A DNA stretch of 64,000 nucleotides from Campylobacteraceae bacterium (GTDB lineage: Bacteria > Campylobacterota > Campylobacteria > Campylobacterales > Sulfurovaceae). The stretch lies in assembly GCA_027100635.1 (NCBI GenBank), contig JAMOOQ010000051.1, positions 4,459-68,458 of the forward strand, read 5' to 3'. The notes under the pieces were generated by a model. That model did not search any database. It saw nothing but the letters and a program-made list of their open reading frames with translations, and had not been told where the DNA came from. A program made the translations under genes and the position numbers. Shown piece by piece: positions 28,473-37,235 of the stretch (its first letter is position 1; each line of letters starts with the position of its first letter).

Positions 28473-29534
28473 TTATAGAATATTTTCTATACTTTTATCA
28501 TATGTTTTTTGAGCAAAAATATTTAATGCTGTTTTAGTTTTAAATAATGCCTCTTCACTCTCAATAGACAACATTCCACCTTTTGACATTGGAACTGATA
28601 ACATATTATTGATACTATCTACTAATATTTGAGTAGCTTCTATTATCATTTGAGATTTATAATGATATGAGTCAAAGTTATCTTGTTTATCTTCTATAAA
28701 TAAAATTCTTTGTAGTTTGCTATTTTGTTCATTTAAAAATACACTATATACATCAAATGTTTTAATAACCTCTGTGATATGAGCATCAACTCTCTCTATT
28801 TCTTTTTTACACTCATCTTTTTTTGTACAATAAAATTCAGCTTGTTCGTGTGAATCTTTTGCTTCTCTTAGGTTATGACTAGCTCTTAAACTAACTCTTA
28901 TTTTATACATTATATACATTATTAAAAGAGTTATCACAGCTAATACACCGATACCTATATTCAAATCTGCATTGGCAGTAAATAATTGACCAATCCATAC
29001 TAAAAGAGGTTCAAGATAATCTATATCTTGTATTTTATTAATGTCAAAATCAGTTTTTAAAGCAGAAGATGCGAAGAATAATAAGCCTATAGTTGTAATA
29101 GCACCAATAATTAAAGAGAGTATAAATGATGTAAACTTACCAGAAGATACCTTTTTTATATCTACTTTTTCAATATCATTTTGCTCTTTATAGCCAAATT
29201 CAACTTTTTCATTTTTATCTTCACTAATCATATCAGAATTAAAGCCCAACTTTTTTAATAAAGTCTCTGATTTTTCAAGAGATTTCTCTTTAAGAGATTT
29301 TCTGCTCTCTTTAAAATTCTTTAAATCGTTATTTAAAATTAGCATACACTCAGTAAGTTGTGTTTCAGCATCTTCAATGATTTTTTTTGCATCAACAATA
29401 ATATGTTCTGCTTTTTCATGTTCTCCAAAACTTGCTTCTTCTTTTGCTACAAGTGTTGCACCTTCCTTCTCTTGTGATTTACTATCTACTAAATCAACAA
29501 CCTTTACTATCTCACTAGATTTGTTCTCTTGCAT
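28473..29534 (-). CDS. Hypothetical membrane protein (coiled-coil N-terminus, two TM segments)
   Basis: Long ORF in an operon-like arrangement with the two downstream genes. No family recognised. Confidence 0.5.
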   Translation of the reverse strand: MQENKSSEIVKVVDLVDSKSQEKEGATLVAKEEASFGEHEKAEHIIVDAKKIIEDAETQLTECMLILNNDLKNFKESRKSLKEKSLEKSETLLKKLGFNSDMISEDKNEKVEFGYKEQNDIEKVDIKKVSSGKFTSFILSLIIGAITTIGLLFFASSALKTDFDINKIQDIDYLEPLLVWIGQLFTANADLNIGIGVLAVITLLIMYIMYKIRVSLRASHNLREAKDSHEQAEFYCTKKDECKKEIERVDAHITEVIKTFDVYSVFLNEQNSKLQRILFIEDKQDNFDSYHYKSQMIIEATQILVDSINNMLSVPMSKGGMLSIESEEALFKTKTALNIFAQKTYDKSIENIL

Positions 29535-29672
29535 TTTTATCCCTTATCAAAAAATATCGCCTCTATTATAACATAAAATAATTTAATATTTTATCTTCTG
29601 TTAATAAATATTATACAATTCAATAAAAATAGTATAAGATAGGTATCACTATACAGGTATAATAACAGTTGA

Positions 29673-29771
29673 GAGAATAGATATAATGTGATTGATGGAT
29701 GGCAGAGACTTACAACTATTATACTAATACCACTAAAACCTAGTAAGCAAGAACAGTGGTTTGGTGTATAG
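29673..29771 (+). pseudogene. Short fragment resembling the DGQQR core of a DUF262 (GmrSD/ParB-like nuclease) protein
   Basis: Translation 'ENRYNVIDGWQRLTTIILIPLKPSKQEQWFGV*' is bounded by stops. 'V/IDGQQRLTT' is the hallmark DUF262 motif. Confidence 0.35.
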
Positions 29772-29924
29772 TGAAAAACTATATCATTTCCTGCATTTAT
29801 AAAATATATTTCTCTTCTTAATTTTCATTAATTTAAGAATACCCTCCTACTCTGGTCGTCCTGAACGAGGTTTATATTCTAATATTTTCTTAATATCTTT
29901 ATTTGGAGCATTTATCCATATTTT

Positions 29925-29993
29925 AGGGTACCCACAAGGGAATAATACCCCCTACGGATAATCAACCTTTTTTAGGGGCTTTATAGTTGCCCT
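29925..29993. repeat. GC-rich composite repeat, family 2, inverted and degenerate copy
   Basis: Its reverse complement 'agggcaactataaagcccct...gtagggggta...cccttgtgggtaccct' parallels 60061-60114 and 33622-33694. Confidence 0.5.
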
Positions 29994-30034
29994 TGAATTT
30001 TAAAAAAAATTTAAATATGCGTAACATCAGTTAA

Positions 30035-30820
30035 TTATATCTCATAACTCTCTGAATCTCTATTCTTAAATGCAATAACCTTTTTATATCCAATATCTTT
30101 TGCCAATTTTAAAGCTCTTTCATATTCAAATCCAACTTGATTTATCTCGTGAGCATCTGAGCCAAATGAAATATCAATATCCATCTCATACGCCATAAGC
30201 AAAAGTTCTTCTGAGGGATAAATCTCATTAATAGGTTTTCTAAATCCAGCTGTATTTATCTCTATCACCATATTTGATTTTTTAATAGCTTTCAGTGTAT
30301 TATAAGCGATAGAAGTGATATTTTTTTGAGGCATAAACTTAAAAACTTTAATTAAATCAAGATGACCAACAATATCAAACAATCCACTATTTGCCATATT
30401 TGTAATTGCATTAAAATAATCTATCCAAATATTATCTATATTTTTATCTTTATAGTGCCCAATAAATTCAGGATTATCAAAGCCCCATTTATCAATAAAA
30501 TGAACAGAACCAATAAGATAATCAACTTCACTGTTAAGTACTCTCTTATCCATCAAATTTGGTAAATAATCCACCTCATAGCCAAGGCGTATATCAATTT
30601 GATTTTTATATCTCTCTTTAAGCTCTTTTATCTCTTGTTCATAAATATCCATCTCTTCAAATTTTAAACGATATTTTGTATCAAAATTCATTGGGGCATG
30701 CTCACTAAATCCATAAATATCAATACCTAATTCAATTGCTCTTTTAATATACTCATCTATTGTTCCATTTGCATGGTTACATCTTGTTGTATGATTGTGT
30801 AAATCTACTCTTTTTTTCAT
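30035..30820 (-). CDS. PHP-family histidinol-phosphatase-like hydrolase
   Basis: 'VDLHNHTTRCNHA', 'FSEHAP', 'GSVHF', 'VGHLDL', 'GSDAH' metal-ligand motifs. Confidence 0.8.
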   Translation of the reverse strand: MKKRVDLHNHTTRCNHANGTIDEYIKRAIELGIDIYGFSEHAPMNFDTKYRLKFEEMDIYEQEIKELKERYKNQIDIRLGYEVDYLPNLMDKRVLNSEVDYLIGSVHFIDKWGFDNPEFIGHYKDKNIDNIWIDYFNAITNMANSGLFDIVGHLDLIKVFKFMPQKNITSIAYNTLKAIKKSNMVIEINTAGFRKPINEIYPSEELLLMAYEMDIDISFGSDAHEINQVGFEYERALKLAKDIGYKKVIAFKNRDSESYEI

Positions 30821-30887
30821 TAAATATCCAATATTTATTTTAAACTATATCACAAAATTAACCAAAAATCCAATATACTTTCTGCAA

Positions 30888-30968
30888 AACTCATCGGAAG
30901 TAATGGCTTTAGCCTCATATAAAAGGCTGGAAGCTCAAGTATCAGTTCCGAGTTTTGAAAGAAGTCTA
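30888..30968. repeat. Structured intergenic repeat, family 1 copy C
   Basis: 'aactcatcggaagtaatggctttagcctc...ttccgagttttgaaagaagtcta', closely parallel to 44998-45078. Ends 23 nt 3' of the SPFH gene stop. Confidence 0.7.
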
Positions 30969-30991
30969 ATAAAAATTTAAGCTAATTCAAC

Positions 30992-31852
30992 TTAAACATT
31001 TTTAAATGTGTTTCCTAACATACCTTTAATAGCTCCTTGAAGGTCTGCTGGATAAACTACAAATTTTGCATTCTTACTTATACTAATATGTTCTAGTGCA
31101 TCAATATATCTATCACCTAATAAAAACATTGCAGGAAGTTCTTTATCTTGAATTTTATCGCTAATTGCTTCAATAGCTCTTGCTGATGCATCTGCTAATG
31201 CAACTTGTGCTTCTGCTTCTAGTTTTGATGCTTCTAGCTTACCTTGTGCCTCTAGTATCGCTGCATTTTTTTTACCCTCTGCTAGTGTCTCCATAGCTTT
31301 TCTCTCTCTTGTTGCTGCTGCTTGTTTCTCCATAGACTCTTGCATTGTCTCATTTGGAATAATATCTTGAATCTCTACAGATTTAACTGTAATTCCCCAA
31401 TCAATAATCACATCAGATATTTGCTCTTTTAGTTTATCTTTAATCTCATCTCTATGTGTCAAAGCCTCTTCTAGTGTAAATTCTCCAATAATAGCCCTAA
31501 GAGATGTTTGAATAAGTTGTCTAATCCCCTCCATATAATCTTCAATTCCATAAATAGCCTCCTCAGGATTAGTAACACGCACAAAAGCAACTGCATTTGC
31601 CAATATTATAGCATTATCAGCAGTAATCACTTCTTGTCGTTCTACATCTAAAATCAAATCTCTTGTATCAATCTTTGCTCTTATTTTATCTATATAGGGT
31701 GTAATAATATTTAATCCAGGTTTTAGAGTTCTATTAAATTTACCAACTCTCTCTACAACCCATTCTTCTCCTTGTGGAACCATATTCACACCGATATACA
31801 GTGTATATATAATTATCCCAATTAAAAAAATTAAAACTATAAGTATTTCCAT
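30992..31852 (-). CDS. SPFH/band-7 (stomatin-like) membrane protein
   Basis: N-terminal TM, SPFH core 'VPQGEEWVVERVGKF...TADNA', an Ala/Glu-rich coiled coil, and pairing with an upstream NfeD gene. Confidence 0.85.
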   Translation of the reverse strand: MEILIVLIFLIGIIIYTLYIGVNMVPQGEEWVVERVGKFNRTLKPGLNIITPYIDKIRAKIDTRDLILDVERQEVITADNAIILANAVAFVRVTNPEEAIYGIEDYMEGIRQLIQTSLRAIIGEFTLEEALTHRDEIKDKLKEQISDVIIDWGITVKSVEIQDIIPNETMQESMEKQAAATRERKAMETLAEGKKNAAILEAQGKLEASKLEAEAQVALADASARAIEAISDKIQDKELPAMFLLGDRYIDALEHISISKNAKFVVYPADLQGAIKGMLGNTFKNV

Positions 31853-31882
31853 AAAATCCCTTTTATCTATTTATAAATTCAA

Positions 31883-31997
31883 GATACCTACAAGAGGCAC
31901 CCCAATACCAATGAATTAAGCTTTTTCTTGGACGAGATGGCTTTAGCCTCTCCCTAATATACGGAGCTGAAGCACCGTGTACAAAAGCATAATAATC
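31883..31997. repeat. Family 2 partial motif (31883-31903) abutting family 1 copy B (31926-31997)
   Basis: 'gatacctacaagaggcacccc' is the reverse complement of the 'ggggt[ag]cctcttgtaggta' motif. It is followed by 'ttggacgagatggctttagcctctccctaatatacggagctgaagcacc..gtgtacaaaagcataataatcc'. Confidence 0.75.
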
Positions 31998-32019
31998 CAT
32001 TGTGGTTACCCCTTAAAAC

Positions 32020-32484
32020 TTAATTCTTATTTTCTTCTACTAATAATATTTGTCCCTTAATCTTAACAACATTTATTATAGCATCTTTCTTAATACTCTC
32101 TTCTGTTTTAGATACAGCTTCCCACACTCTCTCTCCTAATAAAGGTATATTAAATTTGACTCTTCCTCGTTCAAGGGGATTAATATCTTCTATAACAATA
32201 CCTTTCATATCTGTCATACTATTAGATTGTCCAGTATTTGATACCGTTTTGATTTTAAAAAATCTATACCAAATGGAGATAGACAGGATAGATAATAGAC
32301 CCCAAATAGATAATTCTAAATTTATATCTATCTTAAATAGCAAATCAATAATACCAACTAAAATAGAGGTAATTCCAAATCCTATAAAAATAAGAGTAAA
32401 TGTCATTATCTCTGCTATAAAAAATATTATACCAATAATAATCCAATGCCACCATTGTAAGACAGTACTCAAAAATTCTAACAT
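32020..32484 (-). CDS. NfeD-family membrane protein
   Basis: Multi-TM N-terminus plus a C-terminal OB-like 'KGIVIEDI...GRVKF...WEAVS' domain, upstream of the SPFH gene. Confidence 0.8.
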   Translation of the reverse strand: MLEFLSTVLQWWHWIIIGIIFFIAEIMTFTLIFIGFGITSILVGIIDLLFKIDINLELSIWGLLSILSISIWYRFFKIKTVSNTGQSNSMTDMKGIVIEDINPLERGRVKFNIPLLGERVWEAVSKTEESIKKDAIINVVKIKGQILLVEENKN

Positions 32485-32545
32485 TTAAACCTCCTAATAT
32501 TTTGTTATTCTACCTTAAATTATCTATAATATAGCAATAATTGGT

Positions 32546-32551
32546 TATAAT
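32546..32551 (+). promoter_or_regulatory. Candidate -10 element (TATAAT) upstream of ilvC
   Basis: 'ttggTTATAAT' 37 nt before the ATG at 32588. RBS 'agaagg' at 32575-32580. Confidence 0.3.
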
Positions 32552-32587
32552 CGCGAAATTTTTAATAAAAATATAGAAGGAATATAA

Positions 32588-33610
<1,023 letters not shown>

Positions 33611-33621
33611 ATAACTTCTAA

Positions 33622-33694
33622 AGGGTAACTATAATAAAGGATTACTACTACCCCTACAATCTTGTTTAGTAGGGGTGCCTCTTGTTATAGGTAC
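33622..33694 (+). repeat. GC-rich composite repeat, family 2; hairpin CCCCTAC(11 nt)GTAGGGG at 33651-33675, possible ilvC terminator or stabiliser
   Basis: 'agggtaactataataaaggattactactacccctac...gtaggggtgcctcttgttataggtac' parallels 60061-60114. Starts 12 nt after the ilvC stop. No U-tract follows. Confidence 0.6.
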
Positions 33695-33719
33695 TCTAAA
33701 TTTATATTAATAAATATTA

Positions 33720-33728
33720 TGTTATAAT
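33720..33728 (+). promoter_or_regulatory. Candidate extended -10 (TGtTATAAT) upstream of lpxC
   Basis: Read directly, 35 nt before the ATG at 33763. Confidence 0.35.
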
Positions 33729-33762
33729 ACTTAAATTATTTACCTTGACAAAAGGAGTTCTT

Positions 33763-34653
33763 ATGAATCAAAGAACAATTAAAGAGATAGTAGAAGTTGT
33801 TGGAATTGGATTACATACAGGTGAACCAATTAGAGTAAGACTTGAACCTATGCCTATAGATAGTGGAATAGTATTTTATAGAGATGATATAGCAGTGAGC
33901 ATACCTTTAATACCAAGTAGTGTAATTAATACTCAAATGGCAACTGTTATAGGAAATTCGAAAGGTTCTATATCTACAATTGAACATTTTTTATCTGCAA
34001 TATATGCTTATGCAATTGATAATATTAGAATATTAGTAGATAGTGCTGAGATGCCTATAATGGATGGTTCTGCTATCAGTTTTTGCCTTTTATTAGATGA
34101 AGCACAAATAACAATTCAAGATGCTCCAAAAAAAATCATTAAGATAAAAAAAGAGATTACAGTTAGAGATAAAAATAAATTTGTATCATTAAAACCAAGT
34201 AGTAGTGCATATTTTAATTTTGAGATAGATTTTTCTCATCGTGCTATTGGTAAGCAAAGTTATAAGCTTGATTTTAGTAATGAAAATTTTATTAATGAGA
34301 TAGCAAGAGCAAGAACTTTTGGTTTTGTTAAAGATATACAGTATCTTCAAAGTCAAAATTTAGCTTTAGGTGCTAGTTTAAATAATGCTATAGGATTGGA
34401 TGATTATAAGATAATCAATCCAGAAGGGTTAAGATTTGATAATGAATTTGTAAGGCATAAAATTTTAGATGCTATGGGTGATATGATGCTAATTGGACAT
34501 AATATTTTGGGTGGATATGATTCATTTGCAGGAAGTCATCATCTAAATAGTCTTTTAACAAAAAAGCTTTTATCTTGTAGTGATAATTATGAGATTGTAG
34601 CAATAAATAGATTAGAAAGTAGAGTATTTGAAAAAAGTTTCGCACGATTATAA
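33763..34653 (+). CDS. lpxC: UDP-3-O-acyl-GlcNAc deacetylase
   Basis: 'GIGLHTGE', 'TIEHFLSA', 'HKILDAMGDM'. I prefer the ATG at 33763 (AAAGGAG upstream) over the TTG at 33745. Confidence 0.95.
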   Translation: MNQRTIKEIVEVVGIGLHTGEPIRVRLEPMPIDSGIVFYRDDIAVSIPLIPSSVINTQMATVIGNSKGSISTIEHFLSAIYAYAIDNIRILVDSAEMPIMDGSAISFCLLLDEAQITIQDAPKKIIKIKKEITVRDKNKFVSLKPSSSAYFNFEIDFSHRAIGKQSYKLDFSNENFINEIARARTFGFVKDIQYLQSQNLALGASLNNAIGLDDYKIINPEGLRFDNEFVRHKILDAMGDMMLIGHNILGGYDSFAGSHHLNSLLTKKLLSCSDNYEIVAINRLESRVFEKSFARL

Positions 34654-35095
34654 GTTATTAATAATATCTATAGCATCTCCTATACAACTAGGTATTTATA
34701 AAGATAATATTTTGATAGATAGTGTTCAAAGTGATAAAAAAACATCAGAGATACTCCTTCCTCTCATTGTGGATATGTTAGATAAATATTCAATTAAAAA
34801 TATTCTTTATGTAAGAGGACCTGGTAGTTATATGGCTATCAAATTAACATATATTATACTTAAAACAATTAAGATTATAAGAGATATTGATTTTTATGGG
34901 TGTGATGGATTTTTATTTAATAATAATAGACCTATTAAAGCTTTAGGTTCTTTATATTTTATAAAAGACAATAAAAATATTATTACAAAAAAATTTAATA
35001 ATATAGAAAAAATAGATTTTATACTCCCCTTAAATTTAAATAGTGTAACTATAGATAAAGATAATAGACCATTATATATATTACCTGCAGTCTAA
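34628..35095 (+). CDS. tsaB: TsaB-like (short form) tRNA t6A protein
   Basis: 'RGPGSYMAIKLTYIILKT' resembles the TsaB 'GPGSFTGLRIG' motif. Start uncertain, because the ORF overlaps lpxC by 26 nt. Confidence 0.55.
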   Translation: MKKVSHDYKLLIISIASPIQLGIYKDNILIDSVQSDKKTSEILLPLIVDMLDKYSIKNILYVRGPGSYMAIKLTYIILKTIKIIRDIDFYGCDGFLFNNNRPIKALGSLYFIKDNKNIITKKFNNIEKIDFILPLNLNSVTIDKDNRPLYILPAV

Positions 35096-35129
35096 TCAAA
35101 TTTTAATGGATTACAAAGAGTAAAAAAGG

Positions 35130-35135
35130 TATAAT
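35130..35135 (+). promoter_or_regulatory. Candidate -10 element (TATAAT)
   Basis: 'aaaaggTATAAT' 33 nt before the ATG at 35168. Confidence 0.3.
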
Positions 35136-35167
35136 ATTTATCAATTTAAAAATAGGAAATATCACAA

Positions 35168-36073
35168 ATGCTAAAAAAAGGATTTTTATATCTTATTGCA
35201 TCTATCTTTATAAGTGGAGCTTTAAATGCAACAGATACAAATAGTACGATAACAAAATTAAAAGATGCCAAAGTGGTTATATCTATAAATGATAATAATT
35301 ATACGAGTAAAGATTTTCCATTAGAATTTAATAAGCTTAGCGATAATAAAAAATATAGTTTTTTAGTGATATATTCAAACTATAGGGTAACGCTAGATAG
35401 TTTAAAAGATGAGCAAAAAAGTTTACAAGTAGATATAGATGCTTTAATTAAAAAAAGAGATGATAAAAATAAAAGAGTTGGTATAGAAAAATCAAAGCTT
35501 AAAGAAGTAATATCTAATCTAAGATTAACGCTAGATACTATAGCGTATAAAGAGGTAGAAAAGAATTATCCAAAGATAAAAGAAGAAGTAGAATCTTTTT
35601 TTAAAGAGCATGAAAAAGATTATAACTATCCAAATTATGTAGAAGTTTCATTTATAAGAGTAAAAGATGAAAATTTATCTAAAGAGATTATATCAAAAAT
35701 AAATTTATCTAAAAATCAAGACAAATTAAAAGTGTTTATAGAGGAATCTAAACGGTATAAATCTAAAAAAGATAAAGATTTAACTTATATGGGTGCAATT
35801 ACTTCTAAAAATAAGAAATATGGTAAAGAGTTCTTTGATAAATTATGGGAATCAGATGAAAATAATATTTTAAATAAAGCTATTAAAAAAGATAATCTTT
35901 ATTATATTGTATATATACATAAAAAAGAGAAATCAGGTACTAGCTCATTTGACTTTGTAAAAGATGATATAAAAAAATATTTACTAAAAGCTAAACGCAT
36001 TAGATGGATTAAAAATAGATATAAAGATATTAAAAAAGATAGTAAAGTTATAATTTATAACAATAATTTATAG
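35168..36073 (+). CDS. Secreted protein, possibly a degenerate SurA/parvulin-like chaperone
   Basis: Signal peptide. The C-terminal half loosely follows a parvulin pattern ('VEVSFIRVKDE...YMGAIT...YYIVYIHKK'). Weak call. Confidence 0.35.
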   Translation: MLKKGFLYLIASIFISGALNATDTNSTITKLKDAKVVISINDNNYTSKDFPLEFNKLSDNKKYSFLVIYSNYRVTLDSLKDEQKSLQVDIDALIKKRDDKNKRVGIEKSKLKEVISNLRLTLDTIAYKEVEKNYPKIKEEVESFFKEHEKDYNYPNYVEVSFIRVKDENLSKEIISKINLSKNQDKLKVFIEESKRYKSKKDKDLTYMGAITSKNKKYGKEFFDKLWESDENNILNKAIKKDNLYYIVYIHKKEKSGTSSFDFVKDDIKKYLLKAKRIRWIKNRYKDIKKDSKVIIYNNNL

Positions 36074-36086
36074 TTAAAGGAAAGAT

Positions 36087-36968
36087 TTGTTAATTAGTGT
36101 ACCTGCAACAAGTGCAAACTTAGGACCTGGCTTTGATAGTTTAGGTCTAGCAATTGATTTAAAAAATGAGATTATTATTACTCCATCAAAATTTTTGAGT
36201 CTCTCTACTACAGGAGAGGGAGCTAAGAATCCAAAGATTAAAAAGAATACACTATTTTTAAATATATTTTATGAAAATTATAAGAGATTAACATCAAGAA
36301 ATGATAATTTTAGATTTGAATTTATAAATTATATACCAATATCAAGAGGTTTAGGTAGCTCTTCTGCCGTTATTGTAGCTTCAATTACAGCAGCTTATAC
36401 AGCCTCTGGAACAAAATATAATAAAAAAGATATTTTAAACTTGGCACTTAAATATGAAAGTCATCCTGATAATATTACTCCTGCTGTAATGGGTGGATTT
36501 AATGTGGCATGTGTTGATAATAATAAAGTTTATAGCAAAAAAAGACGATTACCTGATTATCTAAGAGCAGTATTGGTTATCCCTGATAAAACTATATCAA
36601 CAGCGAAATCAAGAACTATTTTGCCAAACTCATATAAAGCGGAAGAAACGATATATTCATTATCAAGATCAGCCTTTATGACATCTGTATTTATGACAGA
36701 ATCTTGGGATCTTCTTCGTGTTGCGTCAAAAGATAAGCTTCATCAAACGAGAAGAATGAAGGTAATACCTGAACTTTTTGAGGTTCAAAAAATAGCACTT
36801 ACAAATGGGGCGTTAATGAGTACTCTTTCTGGTAGTGGATCTACATTTTTTACACTTTGTCATAAAGAAGATAGTGGTAACATTCACTCAAAACTTGCTA
36901 AAAGATTCCCAAAATTTAGAGTTATGACAAAGTTATTAGATAATTATGGAGTAACAACAAAGAGTTAA
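36087..36968 (+). CDS. thrB: Homoserine kinase
   Basis: '[17 protein letters not shown]' and the GHMP motif 'SRGLGSSSA'. TTG start. Confidence 0.9.
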   Translation: MLISVPATSANLGPGFDSLGLAIDLKNEIIITPSKFLSLSTTGEGAKNPKIKKNTLFLNIFYENYKRLTSRNDNFRFEFINYIPISRGLGSSSAVIVASITAAYTASGTKYNKKDILNLALKYESHPDNITPAVMGGFNVACVDNNKVYSKKRRLPDYLRAVLVIPDKTISTAKSRTILPNSYKAEETIYSLSRSAFMTSVFMTESWDLLRVASKDKLHQTRRMKVIPELFEVQKIALTNGALMSTLSGSGSTFFTLCHKEDSGNIHSKLAKRFPKFRVMTKLLDNYGVTTKS

Positions 36969-36989
36969 ACTCTTTTAAGGTATAATATT

Positions 36990-37235
36990 GTGCAAAACTA
37001 TAAACCTATAAGAATGTGTATATCATGTCGTAACAGAAATTATCAAAAAGATATGCTTAGATTAAAAATATTAGATGATAACAGAGTCATTGTGTATGAT
37101 AATTGTGGAAGAAGTTTTTATATATGTGATGAGTGTGTTAAAGATAAAAAAAAGGTAAAAGGTTTAACGAAGCGTTTTAAACAAGATGAAGAGCGTTTTC
37201 TTAAGTTTTTAAAGGAGCAATTAAAGAATGAATAA
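36990..37235 (+). CDS. ylxR: YlxR/DUF448 RNA-binding protein
   Basis: 'RMCISCRNR...GRSFYIC' pattern, immediately upstream of and overlapping infB. Confidence 0.8.
   Translation: MQNYKPIRMCISCRNRNYQKDMLRLKILDDNRVIVYDNCGRSFYICDECVKDKKKVKGLTKRFKQDEERFLKFLKEQLKNE

Noticed and set aside
31863-32000. 45-codon minus-strand ORF 'MDYYAFVHGASAPYIRERLKPSRPRKSLIHWYWGASCRYLEFINR' with an AAGGGG Shine-Dalgarno, fitting exactly between nfeD and the SPFH gene
   Set aside because: It is composed entirely of repeat family 1 copy B plus a family 2 fragment. The sister copy at 22433-22510 has AAG in place of the ATG and a different tail. It is more likely a chance ORF in a structured repeat. Ribosome profiling could revisit this.
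36981-36986. TATAAT hexamer upstream of ylxR
   Set aside because: Only 3 nt separate it from the GTG start, and it lies within the thrB-ylxR-infB operon, so it is unlikely to be a functional -10 for ylxR.
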